Source: Octopus bimaculoides (taxonomy: Eukaryota). Taken from it: DNA of 64,000 nt. Positions within the stretch are counted from its first letter, which is position 1. Each line of letters starts with the position of its first letter. Below, one piece after another: positions 13,631-26,740 of the stretch. The translations under genes and the position numbers were made by a program. Below the pieces are notes generated by a model, which saw only the letters and a program-made list of their open reading frames with translations, had not been told where the DNA came from and ran no database searches. The stretch covers positions 145,472,084 to 145,536,083 of the forward strand of contig NC_068984.1 in NCBI RefSeq assembly GCF_001194135.2, given 5' to 3'.

Positions 13631-15524
13631 TTACCACACAGCCATGCCTTGTGCCTATAGCCACACCTATATATCTCAGACAGACTGAAATGATTAAGAT
13701 AGTGTTCAGGACACAACATATGAAGCCACAGAATGGTGGCTAGATACGTCCATGTGTTGCCAAATGACTAGTGCTGTTGTTGGTTAACTCCACATTGACC
13801 TTGAGTGAGCAGTCTATGATTAAAGACATTCTATACATGACCAACTAGTCTTAATCTGTTCAGGTGTATCTAGGACAGCTAAAATTTCTTTCCCTTACTC
13901 CGCTCCCCTCGAAATTACTGGCCTTGGGCTGAAATTGGAAAGAATAGATTACAAAAAGGCAGTGAGCTGGCAGAATCGGTAGTGTGTCAAACAAAATGCT
14001 TAGTGACCTTCCTGAGTTCAAATTCTGCTAAGGTCAACTCTGCCTTTCATTCCTGCAGGGTTAATAAACTAGAATATAAGCCAAGTACTAGGGTTGATAC
14101 AAGGTACTTGCCCCTCCCCTCAAAACTGTTGGTGTTATGCCTAAAACAGAAATAACATTACTTGAAGGAAAAATAAAATTTGTTGCTATTTCTAGCAGAT
14201 CAAACAACACCAAATGCCTTGTTATGTACAGGTTAGAATTGTAGAATGTAAAAGCAGGTACCAATGTATATATATATATATATATAACCTTTACTGCAAG
14301 ACAAAGAATGTTTGTATACATACATGGAACAAAATGAACCACTGTGCATGATGTTGTTGTTGTTGTTGCTGTTGTATAGATTTGGGTCAAGTCTGATGAA
14401 GCATTCTTATGGCACTGAGATAATCATGTGAACAATTCAATGTCTCCTCTCCACCCCCAGACCAGCTCAGCCATGGCACCACCAGGATGACAGCAATACT
14501 GCACACGGCACCATACGTAGGTGCAGACATGACAATGCAGTGAAGAATTTCACTTTGAAACAACATAGCTTCAGGTTTAGGCTAACCCTGCAGGGAAACT
14601 GAAAGATCCCCCAGGGTGTGTGTGTGCGTGCATGAGTATGTTTGTATGTGTGTGTCCTTTGCCATGAAAAAAGCACCTGTGTTGGTCCTAGATAGAAAAG
14701 CACATGTGCTGGTGCCACATAAAACGCATTCATGCTGGTGCCACGTAGAAGGTTCCTGTGCTAGTGGCACGCAAAAGACACAGAAAAAACACTGGTCCTG
14801 GTGCCACATAAAAAGCACCCAGTGCCACTCTGTAAAGTGGTTGGCGTTAGAAAGGGCATCAAGCTGTAGAAACCATGCCAAGACAAACAATTGGAACCTG
14901 GTGCAGCTCTCCAGCTGGCCGCCTCCTCTCAAACCATCCAACCCATGCCAGCATGGGAAACAGAAGTCAAACAATGATGATGATGATGATGATGATGATG
15001 ACCCTGATTTTTAAACAAACGTCACTGTAATATAAGTGAAGTTATTGTCTCCAAGATTCTAGAGAAAAATTGTCTCCAAGATTCTAGAGAAAAATCATCA
15101 AGATCTGCTGCTGTGCTTTTAGTTTACATAACTGCTGCTGCTGCTGACACAGTTTTTTTGTTGCCACTAAAGCTCCTGCTGATTATTTTATTATTGTTGT
15201 TACTTTATTGTTGTTATTGGAGTTGTCACAGTCCATGTTGATGTCAGTGATTCTGTTGCTGCCATCATCATCATCATCATCATCATTTGTTGCTGTTGTT
15301 TTTAGATTCGTTGCTACTTCTGGTGGGAGTTGCTCGCTGCCTCACACTGAAGACTTTGCTGGTGGATTACTGCAGCAAATGTCATCTAAGCCTGAGGCAG
15401 AAGAAGGAGGAGAAGCAGAGTCGTTCTCTCCTAAGCCCACTCCTCCATTTCAACATGTGCTGGCCATCTTGTGGGAAAATAGTGGTTAGAAAATATATAT
15501 CTGAAAATGCTATGGAATGGATGT

Positions 15525-16445
15525 TTATTTCTCCTATTTCTTTTATGTGATTCAGCCATGTGGCTGCAGTCATGCTGGAGCACCAATGTAACTTTGTACC
15601 CTTTCCACAGCCCTCTTTTGTGTGGTGGGATTTCATACCACCACTCTTGTGTGTGCCTTTTTATCCTGGTTTATATCTGGTATTTGAGGGAGTTTGAAAT
15701 TGCTGCCCTTATTTGAACTTCATGTTGGGATGTTGGTGCATCTGGTATCATGGTTAGGAAAATGTCCAGTTCCTTTCTGAAGACATCCACATCCACATTG
15801 TGTAGGCTTCTTAATTCTTTCAACAGGACATTGAAGAGCTATGGGGCTTCGAGCCCCAAGCTATTGCAGTACCAGGTCCCCACTTTAGATGAAGTGGACA
15901 GTAACTTTGGTTCTATGCAATGGCATCCAGTATGTTCACTTGTATGACTCTTGAACACAAAGTTAGATATTAGCCCCCTCCACAATTTTCCACATGTAAA
16001 TTATTCCATATCTCTTGTGTTTTCATTCCAGGGAGCAAAGCGATAGTTTTTTCAGCTTTTTCCAGTAGTTCATCTGCTGCACTCTGGCAATCTTTTTAGT
16101 AAAATAGCAATGAATTTCTTCAAGTCCTGCTGTTAATTTGACACTATGTGGTGGCCACAGCTGAGAGCGATAGTCCAGGCAGTTGACAACAAAGGTCTCC
16201 CACACGACTGACATGACTTCTTGGTCTCTTGTCCTGAAGGACCTCAATATTCATCCTTCTAACTGTCTACACTTTGATGCCATTTTGGTAATAGGCACAT
16301 GAAATGATGCATCATTACACATACTGATCCCCAAGTCTCTCATTGTCCGTGACTCTGGGATTGCAGTACTTTTGCATTGTGTAATTGCAACCTGGGGTGC
16401 ATTTGTAAGCTGAGAGCACAGTTTGAAACCTCAGATCTCCATCTC
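15525..16445 (-). mobile_element. CR1/L2-group LINE, 3' fragment with tail
   Basis: MRDLGISM...ILRSFRTRD.EVM..VW.TFVVNCLDYRSQLWPPH...FTKKI...NYWKKLKKLSLCSLE...RYGIIYMWKIVEG...VFRKELDIFL..IPDAP...RAAISNSL; the 3' UTR ends in ggtgctccagcatg...taaaag. Confidence 0.88.
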
Positions 16446-16543
16446 ATAAGGATTTTCCCAACCCTGAGATTCTTATTTTTGGCTATGCTGGCCTTTTTTC
16501 TGGAACATATTTAGCGCATATAGCTGGCACTGTCAACATAAAT

Positions 16544-16674
16544 TTGTGGGGAGAGGTTAGTCAATTACATCAGCCCCCCCCCCAGTAATTGTGGGGAGGA
16601 GTTAGTCAATGATATCAACCCCCAGTACTTGTGGGGAGGGATTAGCCAATGATAGCAACCCTCCCCCCCAGTAC
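16544..16674 (+). repeat. Three tandem ~40-45 bp units derived from the family C SINE end
   Basis: ttgtggggag..ttagtcaat.a.atca.cc(c)ncagta repeated three times. Confidence 0.85.
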
Positions 16675-19600
16675 TTGACTGGTGCATTTAAACTCAGAAT
16701 GAAAAGTCTAAAGAAATGACACAAAGCATTTTGTTCAGGATGTTAATAATAATAATAACAATAATAATAATATGTCATGATATTAAATGATATCTAATTG
16801 TTTTTAGATTTGATAACGATTTGAGTTCAAAAAAAAAAAACAGCCTCAAGTATGACCTCATATTTAAAAAGCATTATTCTGCTGTCTCACAGGTTTATTT
16901 TCGTTAGAAGAAGAAACCAAAATCTTTCTTTCACAATAATAATGAGAAGAAAGATTCTCTTCTGCTAATTTCACTGCCCCTACCCCCACCCCCACTGAAG
17001 AACTGTTGCAATGTCAGGTTGTATTTCTTTATTTCATTAAGAAGAGTTAATTATCAAACAAAAATCTGTTAAAAAAATTTCACAATTCTTTTACATCCAA
17101 TCTTCAAAGATAAAAATGATACGGTGGAACAAAGACCATGTTTGATTCTTTATATTGATGGCGACTTTAGAATAATAAGTAATTACCAATGTCTTGGAGA
17201 TATCTCATTATCTGATTAAAATATCCAAATTTCCTTGAGAATTAACGTTTGAAAAATATAAAACAAAATTTTTTATTTTATTGAAAGAAAATAACCAAAA
17301 TATTAATTGTAAACATGTGAAAAACATGTTCTTTGAGAGAAATTATATGTTTGTTGAAATCTTAAACTCAGCAAAATCATTAAAGAACATTATTTATTTG
17401 CTAATCATTGCCTTTAAAGTTCTTTTACGTTGTCCGTATTTTTCTCTCTGCAATTTCACAGCAGTTTCCATTCTCCAGTTCACTTCACATTCTGCTTTTT
17501 CCTTTTTGCACAATCATTAACTGACATTTCTCTCATCAGAAATTTGTCTATTTTTGTCTCCTCCTCCTCCTCCTCCTCCCCACCTTCTCCGAGAACCCAG
17601 AGTGGGCCATATTTCATTGTTTAATCAAATCTCTATCACCGTTCAGTGTTCTTACATGTACTCTCTCATGCTGTCGTGGTTCCTATGCATGTTATTGCTT
17701 CAGAAATCAATATTCAGCTTGAAAATACAAATAAAACAAAAAACCCCTTCTTTCACAGATCGGTCGTGTTTGTGTTTTCTCCTCCATTTTACTTCCAAAA
17801 TGATTGTTGTGTTGGCATCTGTTTCATTGAAAAATATACATAGATAAAACTGAACTATAAGCTAAGCTGTAATTTTGAAAAATTATCCAAACACTCAGCC
17901 ACTTTGATAAATACTGCTGCTACCTCTGCTGCTGCTGCTGCTGCCACTACTACTACTACTACTACAAATCTGGTCTTTGCAAACAGTTTCCACTGAACAT
18001 TGTTCTCTGTCTCCTTTTCTTTTCTTTTCTTCTTTCACCTTATATCAAACTACAGAGTTTATCTTGATATTTTTTTCACCACCAATTACTGCCTAACCCC
18101 TTGTAGATACACTGACTTCACAGAACCAGAATAAAAGTAATGCCGAAATTGGTAGCACAGCAGACAAGACTGTGTGAAGGCACTTGGTTTAATGGATACG
18201 GTTTTGCACTTACAGTTGTATGGTTATAGGTTTGATTCTCAGACTGAGCAGCATGTCGTGTTCTTGAACAAAACATTCCATTTCATGCGGTCCCAGTCCA
18301 CTCAGCTGTAAATGAACACCAACAATAGCTGGGGAGCTAATTTTATGAGTGACCAGCAACTTATTCAGGTGGGGAGTGATGTAATCTCAGTCACTGACAT
18401 GCCATTGCAACAGGTCTAAACTCTGGTCTTATGAGTCCAAAGGGCTTGTGGCAGCCCTAAGCAAACTAACTTGGGGCCAGTAGCACGTAAAAAGCACCAT
18501 CCGAACATGACCAATGCCAGTGCCTCCTGACTGGCACGTAAAAAGCACCTGCTACACTCTCAGAGTGGTTGGCGTTAGAAAGGGCATCCAGCTGTAGAAA
18601 CATTGCCAGATCAGATTGGAGCCTGGTGCGGCCTCCTGGCTTGCCAGTCCCCAGTCAAACTGTCCAACCCATGCAAGCATGGAAAACGGATGTTAAACGA
18701 TGATGGTGATGATGATGTTGATGGTGAAGGTGGTGAACCAGCAGAATGGTTAGCATGCAGGACAAAATGTCTAGCAGTATTTCAACATTCTGAGTGCAAA
18801 TTTCACTGGGTTTAACTTTTCCTTTCATCCTTTCAGGGTTGCTAAATTAAATACCAGTGAAGCACTGGGGTCGATGTAATTGACTAGGCTCCTGCCCCCA
18901 AATTTCAGGCTTTGTGCCTATAGTAGAAAGGATATTTAGGTTTTGAGTTCAAATCCCTACTGAGGTTAACTTTGCCTTTAACTGTCACATGACACAATCT
19001 AAGCTTCAACTGACCAATGGAGGGGAAGGGCACATAGTTTTGGCCTGCACCCTCTCTAGACCCATGTTCCAATGTTAGTTTCAGTTCCAGCAGCCAGCGC
19101 CGACCAGCTGTCTGGTGGTACAAGCCTTCAAACTATCAGGGAGGAGGGTGCACAATGAACAAGATGGTTCCCCTGGCCCACCTTTCAAGCAGCAATGCTA
19201 TTCAAGTGCCAGCCAGCCAGCCTCACTTTGAATATTACTCATTTCTCACAGACATCACCTTTTTTCCCAAAAACCTAAACATCACAGATCTTGCCATTGA
19301 GAAGAATTGAACTCAATACTATGAGTTAATAAAACCCTCATCAATAACTGCAACCACAATTTATAACTGGTAACTATTTATAACAAGGTAAACTGAAGCA
19401 ATGGAAGTTACGTAGTTTTTGCCTAGGATACAGTACGATTCTAGTCAATATGGTGTAAAAAAAATTCGTTAAAAAAAAGAGAAAAAAGGCCAGCCATTCG
19501 CTTGAAATGGTAGGTCAACATGGTAATAAAATAGGAAAAATGGTAAGAATAAGGGCAGAAATAGTAAAAATATTCAGTTACCATTATTTCTCATTAATTA

Positions 19601-20143
19601 CTTTTAGGACCCTTATAAAGTGATAAAAGAGAAGGAGGAGGAGGACTCTATTAGGAACAACAGGGATTGTTTGAAGGGTCTTCGGTATCTAAGAAAACTA
19701 ATTGTGATCTGGTATCAAGGACATGGATTTCAAATGTAACACATCTGTGCATACCATCAAATATGAAAATGATAATAATAATAATAATAATACTCAACCA
19801 GCAAAACCTCTCATCAGTTAGTTTTAAGGACCCAATATTGCCACCTGTCCATCTATTAAACAATGGTACCAACTGCTACTACCTTTCTACACAGACTTTG
19901 GCAATATTTCAGAATTTTTTTTCTTTTCTTTTTTTTTCCCCCCAATTTTCTGCATATACTTTCTTTGTAACAGACTTTCAAAATACTCACATTTCCCCAA
20001 GAGAATAAAATCCATTAATATTTTGTTTTTCGTCCACTTACTGGCAATAAGATTCCACATATAGAATTCGGTTCCCATTTACTTCCATTCCACTTTCATG
20101 TCCCTCTTTCTCCCTCTCTCTTTACCAAAGTTTATCACTTTAT

Positions 20144-20187
<44 letters not shown>

Positions 20188-21114
20188 CCTTCTCATAATG
20201 GCACTTCTTATTCTATTTGATTCTGTGAACAATTGCAATGATGAAGCAATTTCGTTCCATATTTTTCTGCTTGTCTCTTGTTATTATCAGTTTGTTTCTT
20301 TAAAATAAGAAACACTTTTTTTTTTTGTTGTGTGTGTTTTATATTTTTAAATAGTTCCTACTTTAAATAACATCTTATTCTTCATTCAACACCAATACAG
20401 AATCACCATCATCAAAACAGCACACCGTATTATTTATTCACCGGCACCACAGTCACCATCCACATCATTATTGTTGTCACCATCAGCATCGACATCAACA
20501 ACAACATTTTATTGATGTTGTCCATTTACCGTGTTTCCTGGGCAACAAAACTTGTATTGCACCATATTGCAGTGTCAGCACACTTTGAGCAATAGCAGTG
20601 CTATTGTACTCCATAATACATCACCCATCATCATCACCATCTATATCATTTTACAACTGCTTTTTTATCATCATCATCATCACTATTTAATGTCCGTTTC
20701 CCATGCTGACATGGGTTGGCTGGTTTGGCATGAACCAACAAGCCAAAGGATTGCACCAAGCTCTACTGTTAGCTTTCGCATGGTTTCTACAGCTAGATGA
20801 CCCCACCACCTAATGCCAACCAATTCACAGAGTGTACTGGGTGCCCTTTACAAGGCACTGCTGCCAATGCCTTGTAAAAAGCACCCAAGTGCTCACAAGA
20901 CAAGACACCCTTCAACTGAGATATGCCATGTGATGAGAGGTTAAAGTATGATAGATGGGAAGAAACAGGTGTCTTGCAGTGGAAGAGATACACCGTTACC
21001 TCAGTTAGAAGAAGAAGATGAAGAAGAGGTGCACTCTCAAGCCACAGGGAGATGTGGCAGAAGAGGAATGGTCCAGAAGATTGGGCAGAGTAAAGGGAGA
21101 CACCAAGGAAGAAC

Positions 21115-21400
21115 ATCATCATCATTATCATCGTTTAATGTTCGTTTTCCATGCTGGCATAGGTTGGACAGTTTGACTGGGGACTGGCAAGCCAGGAGGC
21201 TGCACCAGGCTCCAATCTGGTCCAGCAATGTTTCTACAGCTGGATGCCCTTCTTAATGCCAACCACTCCGAGAGTGTAGTGGGTGCTTTTTATGTGCCAC
21301 CAGCACAGGAGCCAGTCAGGCGGCACTGGCAACCACCCATGCATGAATGGTGCTTATTGCCTGTCACCAGCATGGCTCCTGTGCTGGTGGCACGCAATAA
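21115..21400 (-). mobile_element. SINE family A copy
   Basis: catcatcattatcatcgtttaatgttcgttttccatgctggc...ctggatgcccttc...gtgggtgctttt. Confidence 0.88.
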
Positions 21401-24351
21401 GTACCTGGAAAATATTTCTACACACTTTTACTAATTTCAGTCACGTGACTATAGCCATGCTGCAGCACTTCCTTTAAAGACTTCCATCAATCAAACTGAC
21501 CCCAGAGCTTATTGTAAGTGTGGTGATAATTCTGTCAGTTTCTTTTTGTCAAAACACTAAGTTATGGGGATGTTATCAAACCAACACTGGTTATCAAGCA
21601 ATAAGAGACAAACACAAAGATGCACACATGATGGGCTTCCAGAGTCTCCATTAACCAAATTTCACTTTCACATCATTGGTTGGCCCAGAACTAATGCAGA
21701 AGACACTAAGCCAAGGGGCCACACAGTGAAATTGAACTCAAAGCCACATAATTGTGAAGCAAAATTCTCAACCACACAACCATACACACACATGATGGGC
21801 TTCTTTCAGTTTCCATTCACCAAATCCATTTACAATGCTTTAGTTGGCCTGGGGCTATAGTAGAAGACACTTGCCCAAGGTGCCATGCAACAGAATTGAA
21901 CTTGAAACGATGTAGTTGAGAAGCAAGCACCTTATTTATAGAAATATAATCAAAGATAACCAACCGGTTCTCTAATTCAAATTAACAGTCCATAACAAAT
22001 ACACAGCTTTTTCCCAATTACTGCCACCACTTAACGAGACATATTATGGAAAGTTTGTCAAGCCAGAGTAAACTCATCAATGTCATTAGATAACATTATA
22101 ATTCACTTCAATTGTTGCCATGTTAATTCAGGTGGAATAAAACTTCCTAGGCCAACGCTTATATCAGTGTTGACTAATAACCATCCATCTGATACCCAGG
22201 AGAATGGTAGAATGGTACACAATATTTTATCTTCTGCCCTCCCCCACCATAAACCTACCAAGCATTCACCATCATATAGCTTTCTTGTGTTGTGTATTTA
22301 TCATAGTAAATTAATGTTTATTTAGATATTCATCATCGTTCTATTACTCCAGTTCATGGCCCATGTACTTTACTTTCCTAACTACATCTGTTCCACTCTC
22401 ACTCTCAAAGCTAAGTCATTTGTTTATATTATATTACAGAATTTAACACCCCAGTAAATAAATAAATATACAGAGAGACGTGGTCGGTATTTTTTTTTTT
22501 TCCTCTTTTCTTTGCAAGAAATCTTGCTTTTATGCAAATTTTCTACTTATAAAGTGACAAAATTATAATATTGAGAAATTTATGACTGTCTATCTTTCCT
22601 TCCTTATTTTTCAACAGACATTAAATCTGAAGACAGTGGTCAACTGTCTAATGTGTCATAGTTGGTTGATAGATGTTCAATTTCTACCTTGCCCTAAATT
22701 AAGAAAGCAAAGATATTTGATAAAATAAAATGAGTAAATATTTTTTCTCAGACAATTTTTCTGTCAATTTTTTAAAATCTGGTACAAAGACGGACATACC
22801 TTTCATTTATACTGTAATGAAGAAGGCTAATTATATGTATTAGTAGGAAGAATATAGCTTACAAAAAGAGAGTAATTATTAGTCTACACTGTCCAGAAAA
22901 TTTTGATTTTATTATACTTTTATCAAAATATGGTTTGCCTGTTTCTTTTATTATTGAAGACATCAACAAATATGACGAGAAGAGAAGAGACAAGTGGATT
23001 GGGAATACTTGAGTGGAGATGATATAAGCCTTGCCAACTCCAAGGAGTAGGGATGCTAGTAAAAAGCAGAGAGAGTTAACAGCCTGGCAGTGAGATAGGG
23101 GCAGGAGTATGTCTGGGAGTGAGCTGATGCCAATCTGTTGTGTGAGCCTTATTTGGATGCAGTCTAGGATGCCTGAGTGTGCAGCAGCACCATTCTAGAT
23201 GTGACAGCAGTACTTCATTGCAACCCTAACCTGAGCTTTGTAGGGTGATAATAACTGTTAGGGGTTAAGGTAGCTTCTCCCCTAGAAGAGAAGGGCTAGT
23301 CCCTGAGAAACAGTCATGGTTATGTTAAGGCTAAGTTTTCACAAGGAGAGGTTTTTGTTGATTTTTGGAGGCCAAACATTTGGAAGCAGTGTGATAGGTC
23401 TAGCTGCACGTTGCTCATGATTATATAAAGAAATTGGTTAGGAATAGCAGCAGAACAGCAGAAAGCATAGCACTACCTCACACATATATATCTCATGGCA
23501 CTTTGCTGCCAAAAACTATCTTTTATCTTTTACTTGTTTCACTCATTGAACTGCAGCCATACTGGAGCACCACCTTGAAAGGTTTTAGTCAAAGGAATTG
23601 ACCCCCAGTATTCTGTTTTTTTTTTGTCTGGTATTTGTTTTCTTTTACCAAACTGTTAAGTTACAGGGACATAAATAAACCAACACCAGTCATCAAGTGA
23701 TATGGAGGAAGTGACAAATACGCACATACATACACAAACATACATATAATGATCTTCCACACAGTGGAAGGAAGACACTGGCCCAAGATGCCACGCAACA
23801 GAACTGAGCCTGAAACCACATGGTAGCAAAGCAAACTTCTTAACCATACAACCAATTTTAAAACTTTATAATCAAAGGTGCAGCTTCCCAACCACATGGT
23901 TTCAGGTTAGTCCCACTGCATGGCACCTTGGGCATGTGTCTTTTACTATAGCCTCAGGCTGACCAAAGCCTTATGAGTGGATTTGGTAGGCGGAAACTGA
24001 AAGAAGCCCATCATATGTGTGTGTGTGTGTGTGTGTGTTCATGTGTGTTTCCTCCACCACTGCTTGGTATGTTTACATCCCTGTAACTTAGCAGTCCAGT
24101 AAAAGATACTGACAGAATAAGTAAAAACAAAAAATACATACTGAGTTGAATAAAGAGATTTATCTAAATGAGGGAGATTTGGCTGTTATTTCTAGTAGCA
24201 TACACAATTAGACTGACTCATGATTCACAACCCTGGCTCATTGAAAATAGGAGGGGTGGGGCAGTTAGCTCTGATTGCTCATGCACACCAAAAAAATAAG
24301 ATAAAATGGTGCCACTAGTTGGGTCATCGTTTTGGTATAACAGTGAGAAAA

Positions 24352-24398
24352 CCCACCAGAAGCCCCACCAGAAGCCCCACCAGAAGCCCCACCAGAAG
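24352..24398 (+). repeat. 12-bp minisatellite (CCCACCAGAAGC)x~4
   Basis: Directly visible exact tandem. Confidence 0.95.
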
Positions 24399-25424
24399 GC
24401 AACTTATTCCTGATCTGGTGATTAGAGCAGAACAGTTCTTTCAAAGCTGTGCACTGGTAAAAGTCAAACTTTGACATTATCACAACCTCCACACAATTGA
24501 GATTTATGAAGTACCAACAAAACCAGGCAATAATCAGACTAGTATAGCAATAGCCATCCTAATGGTATTGGTGGTGGTGGTGGTGGTGGTGACAGCAGCA
24601 GCAGCAGTGGTGGTAATGGTGGTGGCAGTAGGTGTAGAAATAATGATGTTGGTGGTGATTTTAAAGGCTATTATAGGAAATATTTATGTCAACATCAAAC
24701 CTGACGCCAGTTCCAATTAAAAGTTCTTGTAGTTGGTCCACCCATCACAGTTAACAACACTCAACGGTCCTCATATAACACGGTTTGCCTGACATATTTC
24801 ACTGCCAAGTCTGGACCTAATTTTAAAATCTGTCACACACAGAATATATTTTATGTCCACTCGTATTTATAATTCCCATATTTTGCTTAAAACTACTACA
24901 GATTTTCACATTCAAAGCAGAGATTCTTTGCATGTATTTTAAATTCTTCTATTATTGTTTAGCTTCAGAAGATTCCCTTGTCTCCTGTCATAAGACCATA
25001 ACCGATTTATTCCCATCAACTTTCCAATAAAATTACCTCATTCTTTATGATGTTTCATGGTTTTAAAAATTGCATTCAATAAATTTACTGGCAGATTTCA
25101 TCCTGTTTATACAGTGACTAATAAAATTATTTGCTGAAACCAAACAATTTTATGGCCAAAATTTATTAAAATAACATTAGTCACTGAGTTAATATTGTCT
25201 TTTCCTCACCACATATGTTTTTCTAATTAAATTTTCCATGGCTCACTACATTAAATATGTTTACACTAAGTTGTTTACATCATAAGAATTTATATCTTGT
25301 GTGTACAGTTAAATGTACGGCTATTACTGTATGAGTAAAAGCTCCATGTAGATTATCATTCTCCAATCAGCTTCCAGTATAGGGGCCAGGTGACTACTAT
25401 ACTTAGAAGTATTACTAGTTATAA

Positions 25425-25805
25425 TTACTATGGCACTCTGTCGGTTACGACAACAAGGGTTCTAGTTGATCCAATCGATGGAACAGCCTGCTCATGAAAT
25501 TAACGTGCAAGTAGCTGAGCACTCCACAGACACGTGTACCCTTAACGTAGTTCTTGGGGAGATTCAGCGTGACACAGAGTCTGACAAGGCTGGCCTTTTG
25601 AAATACAGGTACAACAGAAACAGGAAGAAAGAGTGAGAGAAAGTTGTGGTGAAAGAGTACAGCAGGGTTCACCACCCTGCTGGAACCAGTGAAGCTTTAG
25701 GTGTTTTCACTCAATAAACACTCACAATGCCTGGTCTGGGAATTGAAACTGCGACCCTACAACTGCGAGTCTGCTGCCCTAACCACTGGGCCATTGTGCC
25801 TCCAC
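25425..25805 (-). mobile_element. tRNA-derived SINE family F (relatively young copy)
   Basis: Minus strand head ggaggcacaatggcccagtggttagggcag...tttcaattcccagacc; body ...gtgtctgtggagtgctcagc.acttgcacgttaatttca. Related copies at ~5575-5885- and 43245-43560-. Confidence 0.85.
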
Positions 25806-26429
25806 TAGTTATGATATACAGAACATATATCGCAGAAAATTAAGATAAGCCCCAATATGAATTATCAGATCCAGCATAGATTCCACCATTGCAGTTCTTT
25901 GGAGCTCAGCATCGTTGGATGCTTTGAGTGGCTTCGGAGGCCTAAGCACGATGGATCACCAAGGAAACGCTTCCTTTTAAAGAGATGTAATATCTGAAGT
26001 CAGACACATGATGAGGCAATTTAGAAGTAAATTATTTGGGCTTTTGTGTGTGTGTGTGCATGTGTGTATATGTGTGTGTATATTAGGTGCAAGTGTGGCT
26101 GTGAGGTTAAGAAGTTCGCTTTGCAATCATGCAGTTTTAGGTTCAGTCCTACCATGTGGCATCTTGAGCAAGCAACTTCTATAGCCTTGGGCCAACCCAT
26201 CTCTTATTAGCGGATTTGGCAGGCAGAAACTGTGTTGTGTATATANNNNNNNNNNATATATGTATATGTATGTATGTAACATAATTTAAATAATTTGGGA
26301 AAACGAATTTCAAATTGAATCAGGTACAACCCTTTAGCATTACATGCATCTGCATATAGTACAGTGGGGTCTTGATTATTTATATATTTATATAAAAGTA
26401 TACAAAATATATAATAGAAATCAATAATA

Positions 26430-26740
26430 ATAATTCAGTTTGGGGGATTAATAGATATGCGAGTATTCTGTTTCAGATAATACAAAAAAATAACCTAATG
26501 AGTATATCTGAAGGTAATCTCGTGGTGATTATTTGCACATCATGAAATGATATAACGAGAACACCAGCAGGGTATGAAATATACTTCCTTAATTATCTCC
26601 TACTTAAGTTAAAATTAAAATTATCAATTATGAAGGAACTACATGTGCTTCAGTATTAGAAGATTATAAAATATATACATATACATACATATACACATAT
26701 AAATATATATATGCAATCATCATATTTACAATTCTACCAA
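26430..26740 (-). repeat. Left arm of ~300 bp inverted repeat (inverted pLTR copy)
   Basis: Reverse complement aligns closely to 27696-27992 (e.g. gatatgcgagtattctgtttcagataatac / gtattatctgaaacagaatactcgcatatc). Confidence 0.95.

Noticed and set aside
14661-14820. CRISPR-like short repeat array
   Set aside because: Units are degenerate with no unique constant-length spacers and no cas genes; it lies inside a eukaryotic SINE.
15208-15550. Two overlapping plus-strand ORFs after an acceptor-like gttgtttttag
   Set aside because: No recognisable homology, both frames begin in low-complexity repeats, and there is no convincing donor.
19698-19745. Minus-strand ...IPDHN as COLGALT exon 2
   Set aside because: Followed immediately by TAG, with no matching acceptor or downstream DN(T/S)/EW motif.
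25740-25805. tRNA genes at SINE heads (also ~34125-34190, ~35960-35995, ~40070-40135)
   Set aside because: They have A/B boxes only, run into SINE bodies, and have no complete cloverleaf or acceptor stem.
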